This document shows, piece by piece, positions 1 to 12,485 of a stretch of 64,000 nucleotides of DNA. The notes under the pieces are model-generated. The model had not been told where the DNA came from. It ran no database searches and saw only the letters and a list, made by a program, of their open reading frames with translations. A program made the translations under genes and the position numbers. Source of the stretch: the human T2T-CHM13v2.0 reference genome, Homo sapiens; the NCBI RefSeq assembly GCF_009914755.1, contig NC_060929.1; one strand, 5' to 3'. How positions within the stretch are numbered: position 1 is the stretch's first letter; each line of letters begins with the position of its first letter.

Positions 1-1689
1 TAGGACATGTATAATTAATTAGAAAAATAAAAAAGATAACAGTATAATTATATCAGTTTATATATATTATAATTTCTTCATCCACAAATATATGTGGATA
101 TAGGCATAGTACTAAGTATAAAGATTAAGAGGAGAACAAGAGAACAAAACATCTTATTTTTGTAAGTTTTACTGTCTAGAGATCCTCTTCATAAGGCCGG
201 TCCTGGAAAAGCTTCCAATCACATATGGCTATCTGGACTGAGTAGCCACTGAATAAGAGCTAACATGCTCTCCTCCTGTTATTATGTAAAAGACTAGAGC
301 CCTCAAGCACATTACAAACTCTCTTCCTTTAGGTCAACAAAGGCTACTAATCCTGAAAAGGGTGATATTCCGTATAGGAGAACCTAGACACACAGTCCCT
401 GCTAGAGGGAAAAATGAGGCCGGGAGTGTTAAGGTAGTCACATGGCAGGTAATCTTTTAACTTCGTGAAACATATATACAACCCATTTTCAAAGAATCAA
501 CCAAAATCAACATATTTATGAAAACACCAGAGGACAAAGAACACATGGAAAGACCAATTTGCCTTAAAGCATGTTTTGTCCACACACAACTTTAGTCACT
601 GAGATAAACTGTGCATATTAAACTCTCTCATAGTTACAAATATTTTTCTTTCTAAGGCTGCTGCCATCAACTGATATCAAATAATTAGTGAACTAAAAGG
701 CTAGTTTCAAAGACTTGTAAAATGTTGGCCACTAAGGCACTTAATGACTGGCAGATGCTCAAAACTAATACTACATGTCAAGCTACAATTTAACAAGTTT
801 AAAACTAAATGAACACAGATTATCTTCTGTGGGTGGTGTGTCCAAAAACAATTTGAGTCATGCAATTTTTCATTTTCTGTGTCTGGTTTATATTTTTAAA
901 GCATATCAAGTAGCAGCAGATAAGGAGACATTATGTGTTCTTTAGGTAAAAGGTTTGTTACATGCCAAGTTTCCACTCAATCTAAAGGACTTTTATAAAG
1001 GTGTGTGCTAACAGCTGGATATTTATTTTACTATATCCAAACTCAAGATTTGTAATTCAGGCTAAATAGCATAAGCCATTCTCTAAAGAATCTAATGTAT
1101 CATTTGCAGACAGAAGAATAGGGATAGAGGAGTGGAGAAAGATAGAGAAAACTGCGGAGGCATTCCCAGGCTCACAGACTTGCGAGCCTTAATAATGAGA
1201 CCAACTATGATAAGAATCCATTTCCATTGCCGATAATCCGTGGCTATCAAACCAGCTGGAACCAACACTCCTGTTGTTAAATGACACATTCTAATCATCA
1301 CTTCAGAGAAGAATTACAGAACATATATACAAGCCTAAGTGTCTTCTTGGCCTTCACAATATTCCCTTTACATAGAGATGCAAACTCAGCATCAGCACAC
1401 AGCCTGCTATTTTCTTACTGACTTTAAAGTTTGCACATTCTATGTAGGGCACAATACTCATTGCAACAAAATTAAGTAGTAAACAATTTAGCTGATGGAT
1501 TATGAATTCAGGTTTTGAAGATTTAATCTAACTTACATGAGATCAGCTCTGCCCTTTAAAAACCTATGTTGTTGATGGCCCCAATACTCTGGTGTCCCAT
1601 TTGCCCCCTTTTACAATTCCCATTCCAATTGGCACCCAGTACCAAAACCTGTATACACTGTCCAAGTCCATCCAAAATAGCCAAGAGAG

Positions 1690-1930
1690 TAATGTGCATA
1701 TTGGTTAAGAGCATATACTTTCCAATCAAGCATAACTGAGTTCAAATTTTGGTAAAGCATTGTTGATTGACATGGGGTAAGTCAATTAGCCTATCTATGC
1801 CTCAATACCTTAAACTTACAAAGGGAATAATTATGTCTCAAAAGGTTGATTTGAGAATCAAATTGGACAGTACATGTGAATCATTTAGCATAGTTCTTTA
1901 TGTGAAGAATGATAATACTTGTTGTTATTA
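1690..1930 (+). mobile_element. MIR SINE, diverged
   Basis: tggttaagagca...gagttcaaat...tgcctcaatacct...ttagcatagt follows the MIR consensus order. Confidence 0.7.
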
Positions 1931-2079
1931 CAGCTCATACTAAGCAGACCAATGCTACTAGTAAGCCTTTAATTTCTCTACATTCCCTCTAATTTATATT
2001 CCAGCCTAAGTTTTGTGCCGTTTCTCCAAAGCCGTGTTCTTTGTGGACATAAAAAGAGAAAAATAAAACATATCAGAGA

Positions 2080-2530
2080 ATATGGCAACATGTTGTGGTG
2101 GATAATTTAGCAGTTGGGGTCAAAAACCTTAAAAATGTACGTAATTTTTATCTAGTTAATTCATTGCTAGGAAATAAACATGAAGGTCTTTAGAGGTTTT
2201 TTTGTAAGAATGCTTTTTTTAAGCATGTTTATAATAGAAAAGATTTAGAAAACAAATGTCCAATAATATGTGCTATGCTGAATAAATATGAAGCACACTC
2301 AACAGCATACTCGGTAGCCTATAAAATGGTATAAAGAAGAATATTTAGTGTCATGAAAAGATGTTCAATAAATAAATAAATGGGCATATACTATGCATGA
2401 GGCAAGTTTTGTAAAATAATAATCTGTGTGTAAATAATTTACCACAGGACAGAATTTACCTAGTTGGGGGACTAATTTTTTGAAAACCCTAGATGTTTTT
2501 CTCTATTTTGCAGGGTTTTATAAAATGAGC
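2080..2530 (+). mobile_element. Old L1 (L1ME-like) 3' fragment
   Basis: Degenerate L1 3' motifs such as atgtttataatagaaaag and aaatgtccaataa; boundaries approximate. Confidence 0.55.
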
Positions 2531-3844
2531 ATATATCAAGGTCATACGCAAAAATATTGAAATTTTTTAACATTCTAGGCCTCTGGAATGGCCTCGTTAA
2601 TGTGAACCTGACAGTGGGATTCTCAGACAAGGTACTGAAGAAAATGATATTGGTTTATTTGGCTTCCCAAACTATATTACTCCAAACCAGCCATAGTTCC
2701 AAGTCTAGCTCATTAATAATAAAGGTAGATGAATTCTATTATCACATCCCATTCTGTATAAAATAGATGTTCTTGGAAAATTTAATAAATGCTTTTCTCT
2801 CATGAAAAGACTTTCCAAATGTCTTTAACTTAATACATTTTTTCTAACCACAATCTTAAACTCATTTAAATTTAGACACTCCTGTTATATTATTTTAACT
2901 AAGTTCAATGTTAATATAAGCAATATATTTGAGGAATGTGATGAAGCAAGTTGTAAGTCATATATATGGTCATAATAATGTTCCCTTTGGGGAGAGTTTC
3001 ATAAAATATCAAACATCGCCTTCTCTTATGGCATCCTGAAACAGATACATTTGTTGACAAAATCTTATTGCATCAGGGACATGACCACAACTTCCAGGTG
3101 CTAATTCTTCACAGTGAGTCCTTCTTACATTTGCTCTTCGCTGAACCTCTCTAATTGAGGTGCAGCCTACAGGCAAAGGAAGGATTAAAGTTTTAGAGAC
3201 TATAACCACTGAAGAAGCTATAGTATCGCATTTGTACACACACACACACACCCATAAATAAGTGTATGGATGTTCAACAAGGTTTGAATTTGTCTACAAT
3301 GGTGACTTATTTAATGTACCACTTGAAATTAACTTATTTCTAAATAATTTTTAAAATTTTATTTATTTTTGTTTTGGTTTTCTTATTTTCTTGCAAGAGC
3401 CTTGCTTTGTTAGTGTTCCAAATGTTCACTCAGCTTGCCTACTGCATAAATCTAGCACTAGGCAGCCTGAATAGTAATTGAATAATGAACCTATGGTAAT
3501 AATTATTTGAGACTAGGTATCTGGGGGATGGTAAGAGAAAAAAAATCTTCCAACATTATTACATGTTGTTTAGGCAGTCATTCATCTTAATGTTCAAATA
3601 TGAAATGGACTGTGAATGGAGGAATGGTCAACCAGGAAGGAAAAAAATGGAAATCATGTCCTCCCTTCCTTTTCAATGACAGCATTCACTCAGCCACTGG
3701 AAGGACAAGCACTTCTATGCCAATCAGCTGCATCCAAGCGGTACTTAAGTGCTTCACATGCATTTACCACTTTAAGCCTAGAGACCCCTGAGATCACCTA
3801 CTTTTGTAATTTTTTAAGAATGCTACTGAGGAGTAACACCATGT

Positions 3845-4415
<571 letters not shown>

Positions 4416-4454
4416 ACTGGATATTGCAAATAGAAAAGTGATAGGAATTTAGTT

Positions 4455-4560
4455 GATTGAGGCAGGCAGGGTCCAGATCATATAGGGTTTTGTAGGGTCT
4501 GACATGAAATTTGGATTTTTTTCCCTAGTGTAATATGAATTTATTGCAGATTATGGGGTT
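4455..4560 (-). mobile_element. L2 fragment
   Basis: gcagggtccagatcatatagggttttgtagg...tttggatttt resembles antisense L2. Confidence 0.55.
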
Positions 4561-5722
4561 AAATCAGATCATAAATGCAAGGTATCCAGTATAATACCTA
4601 AAGTACTAAAGGTGTGGCTTTAATTATTAAATATATGTTTAACATAATATGTATGTGTGTGTGTGTATATCTGTGTCACCACACTGGCCAGCAAATAATT
4701 ACTGCAGGTCATTGGAAACCTGCTAGGAACCTCTAGACCCGAAAGAAAATCAGTTGGTGGACTCTGAGCCACACCGTACAGCACTGAACGACTGATTGCT
4801 TTTTAACAGCAGTAAGACATGGAGTAGTCGTTTATCTGAAGATTCAGAGGTTAGATTCAGGAAACCTGCCTATTTACGTAAGGTTTTTGCCAATCCTAGT
4901 ACAAGCAAAGGTAAATTCCATAATGTGAATGTCTACTCTCTTAATATGAACAGCTCCACAGGATCAAAGAAAAAGAAGTGTTTTCTCTCTCTCTACTCAA
5001 TCCTCTAACACAAAGTGCCTTGGGGAACAATGCTACTGCTTTCGGAAAGTGAAATGGCATTCCCATTTAACATAAATGGGTCTTATTAGAAGGCAAAAGA
5101 ATGGCTATTTACAGTTATGCCAACTATTGATTAAAAAGAAACTATAAGCCCAGGCAACCTGAGCCTGCTGCGCACCAAGTCTCAACACAAGCGATCCGGT
5201 CAAAAAGAGCTGCAGGGTTCCCGGGGCCTGCACTACTTTGGACATGAGAGGAGTGGTCTCTGAGCCTGGGACTATGGAGAGAGAATATGCCCACTTGAGC
5301 GGTAAACACAGCTCCTGTATGCTCATAAAATCAAGTTTGTGAAAGTCAGAAAGAAAAGGCAGGTCTGCATTGCAGAACTTTAAAAAAATGCACATAAACA
5401 TTTTAAAATGAAAGTTATATGGATTCTCCTTACCATATAAAGTAGAATTTTAGAACTTTTCATCTCTCTCAGAGATTATATAAGAGCGTAGCCTCAGGAA
5501 CAATGTGACAAACAAAACTTAGCAGTTTGTATTAATATATGAAGCAAGATTATGAATTACCAACAACTAGCAAAGTCTGAGTACAACTGATTTCTGTTAA
5601 AAAGTAAACTTTCGTTTTCAGGGAATGTAAGTATTAACGATATTTAAAAGACAAACACAGATATATTACACAGGTGAGAAGATGATTGTAAAGATTACAT
5701 TAATTGTTATGACATTCATCAT

Positions 5723-6145
5723 TGTATTAGTCCCGATGCTGGGTAATTTATTAGGCTGGTGCAAATGTAATTGCCATTACTTTTAATGGCCAAAACCACA
5801 ATTACATTTGCACCAACCTAATATAAAGGAAGGAAGTTTAGTTGACTCACAGTTCTGCATGTCTAGGGAGGCTAGAGGAAACTTACAATCATGGTGGAAG
5901 GCAAAGAGGAAGCAAGGTTCTTCACATGGCACACGAGAGAAAAGCACAAGGAGGGGAAACGCCAGACTCTTATAAAACTGTCAGATCTCGTGAGAACTCA
6001 CTCACTGTCACGAGAACAGCGTGGGGGAAACTGCCCCCATGATCCAATCACCTCTCTCCCTCTACGTGTGAGAATTGCAGGTCCTACCTCAACACGTGGG
6101 GACGGAGATGAGATTTGAGTAAGGACAAAGAACCAAGCCATGTCA
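5723..6145 (-). mobile_element. MaLR solo LTR (MSTA/THE1D-like), interrupted by MADE1
   Basis: Begins tgtattagtcc and ends ccatgtca; internal gactcacagttctgcatg and gatctcgtgagaactcactcact; 5-bp TSD atcat/atcgt. Confidence 0.92.
5751..5821. mobile_element. MADE1 (Hsmar1-derived MITE), 71 bp with a small internal deletion
   Basis: 23-bp terminal inverted repeats ttagg(c/t)tggtgcaaatgtaattg; TA duplicated at 5749-5750 and 5822-5823. Confidence 0.95.
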
Positions 6146-7456
6146 ATCGTATTTTGTTAAGTACGAAAACAAGTTACGGATCGGTATGTATATCATAACC
6201 TCGTGTTTAGAAAATTCATTTCTTATAGATCTGCATGGGAGAAAGTCTGGAAGGATACACGTTAAATTATTAACTGTTCTCATCTTGTAGAAATGACATA
6301 TCTGACTTTTTTCATTTTTTCTGTTATATGTAACTTTAGTACAATAATATACACACATTTATATGATGCAGTTAAAATCACAAACCTTTACATCAGATTG
6401 TAGATAGAAACTAAACTGTCCAAATTTTTTGGAAATTTGAATTCCCAAAGCAAATGAACAGGTTCACAATAGATTGAAATCCTTAATTGCTGCAGCATGA
6501 AAACATCCCAATAATTCATTTACGTGCCATACTGAATATGGATTCCTTCGTTTGATATTCCTGTGGCTTGGGCCTAGCGCTGAAACTAGAGATGACTGTG
6601 CTGTCGGTAAGACAGCTGCTGGCTGGCTGGACAGCATGCTCATCTGGCCATCTTGAGGGAAATGCGGTTACTGACAACGCTAGGAAATGCACAGTGTGAG
6701 CCCAGGCAAAAGATCTGGATCAAGGCCAGCAAGTTCTTCTTCCCCAGATATCCGATGAATGCTAAATTAATACTTGCTGAATGACTGACTATTTAACCAA
6801 GATGTAATTGGAGAAACCTTAGGCAGTGCAACAGATGTACCTCTCCTCCAGTATGCCTTAGAGAGCTTTGTGATTTCACAGGCACCTGCCCTTGCATGAC
6901 GCGATCACATGCTTTGCATCCACATGTACACTCAACTCTGAATGGTTTATGTCAAAATCTGGTATCAATGGAACAGTGTAATCATGTCCACATCTTTTAG
7001 AACCTCACATCAGGGTATTGCTTACATGTGCAATCTGTGTTAATCTAAAATTCACATGCACATTGTTCAAACGAGCTCATTTTTCCACAAAACAGGCTTC
7101 TATTGCAGCTCCTAGAGAAGCCTTATTTCAGTATTTCCAGAAAAATGTATTAAACGTCTAGCAATATTAAGGAACTTTACTTACATAAATTTCTTGCCTT
7201 TTAATATAGAAAATACAAAATTAAAATACTTTAAAAACAAAACAAGTAAAACAGAAATGTATAAAGAGAGTAAAATGTGCCCTAATTCACCCAGGGCTGC
7301 CACTACCCGACATAGTGACTTTGTGTGAATTTAGAATATGTAACCTTTTCTCAAGATAAAAACCAAAAACTTAAATTAGTACTTTCTCACACAATCTAAA
7401 CCATATAACATGTTTAGGTAATGCCTGAGTGTGGTTTGCATAAGAAATGTCCATAC

Positions 7457-7632
7457 CAATCTCTCCGGATCAGTGAAGACGTGTCAGTGTGTGCTCCCAA
7501 GTGTGCACATGAACACATGCGCCAGGCTGGGCTCTCCTCCACTACTCCAGCACTCAACCGAAAATCCCGGAGCCACCGAGACTGCCCGCACATTTTAACA
7601 CATACAAGTTAAAATACGTGTACGATGTGACT
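7457..7632 (-). promoter_or_regulatory. CpG-retaining unique segment; candidate regulatory element or first exon
   Basis: 10 CpGs in about 7460-7661; minus-strand donor TTG|gtatgg at 7457/7456; Inr-like TCAGTC at 7634-7629. Confidence 0.3.
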
Positions 7633-8459
7633 GATGGCAGAGAAAGCAGGAGTATATGCGTGGCTGAAGTCATTTTTAATTTGGAAATTAATGACAGAAA
7701 CCATCAGAGACTCTGTTTTGTATATATAAAACTCCATTGGATCTACATTAAGGAAAAATAGATTTTTTAACACAATCTCTTTGAAAGTCTAAATGCCACA
7801 ATGCAGTTTCAAGTGGCAGATGTTTACACAGCTTGTACTTTCCCCTACCTATACTTGAAACACACTTGCAAACTCAAGGGAAACCGTTCCATTCTATATT
7901 CAAATGTCAATAGGGGGATTTCGAAATACATGTCTGTATCAAATTTGGTGTGAAAATGTGTTTTGTGGAACTTGTGAAAACTCCCATTTGAGGCGTCTTT
8001 CTAAATAGGACCATGCGGAGCACATTTTATACCCACCAGGTTCTTAGACTTGATGTCTGTAAGTGACAGCATATGGATTTCACATCAAATTAAATAAAAT
8101 GCTTAGGGTCTTCTTCCCATGCATGCTAAGATTCTATTTTCAATAGGAACATCAGAGCTTAATATTGCATTTCTATATGAATAAAATGAACCCTGAATGA
8201 ATAAAACAGATAATAAATGTTTTGTTTTATCATTCTTTCTACTAAACGATCAGAAACTAGTTTCAGATATGTTTTATAAATGTGAAGAATTACTGAAATG
8301 AATTCTTCAAAATCCATCTCTACATGTAGTAAGGATGCAATCCAAGGATTTCTCTCTTTTTTTTTGGTTTCTACTTTGTTATTATCTGGAAACAACCTAA
8401 TTATCATCAACAGAAACATTTGGACTAAAACTCTTTGTAGTTGTGTAATAAAGAAAATC

Positions 8460-8671
8460 TTCACATAATGTGAAATATATATATATATTTCACATAATGT
8501 GGAATATATATATATATTTCACATAATGTGGAATATATATATATATTTCACATAATGTGGAATATATATATATTTCACATAATGTGGAATATATATATAT
8601 TTCACATAATGTGGAATATATATATATTTCACATAATGTGGAATATATATATATATTTCACATATATATAT
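8460..8671. repeat. Minisatellite, 7 full copies plus a partial copy of ttcacataatgtggaa(ta)n, 27-29 bp unit
   Basis: Tandem copies read directly; they differ mainly in TA number. Confidence 0.97.
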
Positions 8672-10349
8672 GCTAGAGATACATATATATGCTGGATTCT
8701 TTTCTACTCACTTGTTTAGGAAAAGATTGATCTCAGATCGGGTTTTGAAAGAGCTCCTTTTTCTCACACTGCCCCCTCACTAACTCCCCACAGCCATTCT
8801 TTCCCTGATTCTAATTCCCTCTCTCTCCTGTTCCATTGGCCCTTCTGCTCACCTCCTCTTTCTCAGACACTTCGCCCCCTCATTTCCTGAGGACTCTGAC
8901 TTATGCAAGCTATTTTGATAAACTAATTCAGATTGAGGCAATTCTGATGAAAATATCAAAATGTGTTACTGCTCCAGCAACATTTAATTACATTTATCAG
9001 TGGCTAAAACTGGTTATAAGCAAAAAAAAAAAAAAAAAAGAGTAATGTGAGGAATGTGGAGTCTTTATGTCTAAGGAAGAGAGAGAGATGAAGGGCAAAA
9101 GGCTCTTCAACGCAACACATACGTATTTCACACCATCTTCATGGACACATCCGTACTTCTGTCTCAGGAAAGGCACTACTACTTAAAAAAATCACAGTAG
9201 TTGATTTTCAGATTGAAAACAAGATTGGAAGACTTCCACACATTAGAGATTGGACCTGCAGACACAGGCAGTGAACCAAGACCGATTTTTATAGGTGGCA
9301 TTCAGCATAAATGAACCCACTCGTCACAAGGACTCAGCCAGACACACCATTTAGGCTAATAATTGAAATAGATTGGATTCTTCTTCTGATTTGAATCCTA
9401 AATTCATAGAAATTTGGCAACTCCAGTCAGAGTGCTGGAGAAGCAATTTACTAAATGACACCCTGGTGGCCTGGAAGCAGGAATGTTCCTCCCAAAGCTC
9501 TGAATTTCCATCTAGGTATTTCTTTACTTGGTACTTCTCATTAAATAGACATGATGGAAATACCAGTCACTCTTAGAATCCTAATCTCAATATTTCCTGT
9601 TTTACTTCAATTATTATCTAAAACTGACTACCAAATGTTAGAGCTCAGTAATACAGGTAAGTTGAAATTGAAAAATTCAAATGCCAAACTCTCTATATTT
9701 GAATTCTTAGAAAAAGACATATTCTGTACTTACCTATTCATCTGAAACCAAAAAATGAAATGCAACCACCACATTGTACAGTCCATGCATGGAAAAGAAG
9801 TCGAGGGAGCAAAATCCAGCTCTCAAATAATTAAAAAGGAAATCCAATATTTAATTCAGACTTCAAAGGAACATTAAAGGTAATTCAATTTTTGCTTACA
9901 AAAACACCTAATCAAATCCCTTTTCCCCAAACCCATTTCTTCTGTAAACTGCAGCCACCTCAGACCCCATCACCCTGCAAGCCTCCAAGATTTTAACCAC
10001 TTTTTATTCTGCTCTCTCACCATTTCTGTCTCTTCCTTCTCTCCACTATGTCAGCTTCCTCTGCCTGGCTTAGTGTCCCCAATCTCCATGCCACATATCT
10101 ACTCTATTTTCATGCTAGTCTTTCCCCTGGTTGTGTATATCAAAAAATATTCAGAAACAAGGTTGTCAGGGGGTGGCTTAAAAAAATAAATAAATAAATC
10201 ATATTCCTGTTCTCCATTCTTAAAATATACAAACTCAGGACAAAGAGACAGTATCTCAGAGCAGAAATTAAAATCATGCTCTGTCTTCAACCTAGCTCAT
10301 TATATATTAGTCTTTTGGTCCTAGATAAGTCACCATAGTCATATTCCTA

Positions 10350-10540
10350 TTAACATTTACGTAACACTTTTAACTGTTCTAAGTACTTTTGCATCTATCA
10401 TTTAGTAATCCTGTGAGGAGGAAAGGCAGACATTGTCACCTGGGGGGAGACCAGGCAATACTCAGACAGAGAGGTTCTATGACATTGAGGCAGACACAGA
10501 TATTACCATGGAGCTGATATTTTTGCCCAATGGAGTTGTA
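10350..10540 (-). mobile_element. MIR fragment
   Basis: aacatttacgtaacacttt...aatcctgtgagg...ctcagacagagaggtt. Confidence 0.5.
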
Positions 10541-10790
10541 CTTTTCAGCTTAACCCTTGTGTGGAAGTTCCTTTGATTACTTTTCCTGCTGTTCTAATTA
10601 TGTCCAATTCACCACCAAAAAAAGGTCAGATAAGGATGCAGTGAAGAGGCACCAAAGCCAATCCTGATTTTCCAATAATGGCCCTTACTAGAAAGAAACA
10701 AAGATGACTTGGAAATGTCATTAATAAACAATCATATACCAAGAGTAAACTTTAAGTAGATACATGAAAACATTTTGAGAAAGTTTTGTT

Positions 10791-11152
10791 TAGTAGCCAT
10801 CCCCCAACTCTTACCCTCAGGGGATAACTTCCAAGACCCCGAGTAGATGTCTGAAGCCACAGACAGTACCACAGTTTATGTATACCGTGACTTTTCCTAT
10901 ACATACATACCTATAATAAAGTTTAATTTATAAATTAGGCACAGTAAGAGATTAATAACAATAATAAAAAAGCACAATTATAACAATATATTATAATAAA
11001 AGTTACGTGAATATGGTCCCTCTCTCTCTCTCTTTCTCTCAAAATATCTTATTGTAGTATATTCATAGTATACTCACCTACTTTAGGACCATCGGTGACC
11101 TCCGGTAACTGGAACTGCGGGAAGTGAAACCATGGAGAAGGGGAGACTACTG
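10791..11152 (-). mobile_element. MER44A-like TcMar-Tigger MITE
   Basis: cctatacatacatacctataataaagtttaatttataaattaggcacagtaagagattaa and terminal ggggagactactg match the MER44 reverse complement. Confidence 0.88.
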
Positions 11153-11616
11153 TCACTAACATAGCAGGGCCAAATTGTGACATACCGAGGATGCCCATGA
11201 GTACCAGAACAACCCAAAAAGAAAAATAAGGGCTGGACTACAGGAGAGACAGTATTTGACTCAACCGCTCCTGGCTAAGTTTCCTACCAATACCTAATGA
11301 GGAAAACATAGACAATCATATAAGGGCTTGACAGTGTATTTATTTAATAAATAAGTAACTATACAGGTAACTAGCATTATTCCACTGTTTTTATTCTGCA
11401 GTGTGAGTTCATCTATTCTCTTATCATCGTAAAGACCTGAGCTAATAAATCCTTTATGTGTATAGATATCTAGACCAGATGGGCTCCTTCTTATTTACCA
11501 TTCTTACATTTATAGTCACAACCCAAAAAAGCATCATTTTTAAAGAGTATTCCTTTCATGGTTTTTATTCCTATTTGAGTTTGCTGCATGTCACAGAGTA
11601 ATGATTAGAAAATAAA

Positions 11617-11830
11617 TTCATTCAACAAACAGTTAATGAAAACCCATTATGTGCCAGGCTTCATGCTATGTCCTGGGGATACGAGCATGAGCCCTTGGGG
11701 AGCTCAGTGGTTTTAAAGACAGACATGTACACAGGTAACTTATAGTTCAAAGTTCTAAATGCCATTACTGAGCTACAAAGGCAATGTCACAGAGTGGAGA
11801 AAGTGAGGAGGACAAGGAGAGGTGGAAAGT
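11617..11830 (-). mobile_element. L2 3' end
   Basis: ttcattcaacaaac...tatgtgccaggc...ctggggatac. Confidence 0.75.
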
Positions 11831-11859
11831 TATTATAGAATTCCAAAAACAGAGACACT

Positions 11860-12067
11860 ATCCCCTTGTTTTATCTTAGCCATATCACTTAACACCAGCT
11901 TAAATTATTTTGTTCATTTTTAAGGATAATATGTCATCTGTCTCTCCCAAATCATGGAGAGAGAGAAATCCCCAATCCCTGGATTTTAAGCTCCATGAAA
12001 TAGTACTCTCACCCATCACATGGTGTCCTCAGCATCTAGAACAGTATCTGACACATAGTAGGAGCTT
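11860..12067 (+). mobile_element. L2 3' end
   Basis: aagctccatga...tcctcagcatctagaacagtatctgacacatagtagg. Confidence 0.7.
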
Positions 12068-12485
12068 CTTATTGGTTGACCTGCATCCTCTAAAATATAC
12101 ACACACACATGCATGCGTGTGTGTGTGTATGTGTGAGAGAGAGAGACAATCCTAATACCCAAGATCTCAGAATATGACCTTACTGAGAGAAAGGCATTTA
12201 ATAAAAGTAATAAAATTAAACTGAGATCATTAGGGAGGGCCCTAATCCAACAGCAATAGTGTCCTTATAAAAAGGGGACATTTGGACAAAGAGATAGACA
12301 TCCATTCGAGGGAAGATGAAGAAATACAGGGAGAAGATGGCTATCACAGGCCTCAGAAGGAACCAACTCTCCCAAAGCCCTGATTTCAAACTTCTAGCCT
12401 CCAGAACTGTGAGACAATACATTTCGGTTGTTCAAGACACCTAGTTTGTGGTACCTCGTTATGGCTTCTCTAGCAAACTAATACA
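12068..12485 (+). mobile_element. MLT1 (MLT1B-like) LTR containing a (CA)n/(TG)n/(GA)n microsatellite at about 12096-12148
   Basis: gggccctaatccaa...gtgtccttataaaaagggga...cttctagcctccagaactgtgaga...gcaaactaataca. Confidence 0.88.

Noticed and set aside
8460-8671. CRISPR-like array of palindromic repeats
   Set aside because: The spacers are only (TA)n, not unique sequence; the context is primate DNA with no cas genes. It is a minisatellite.
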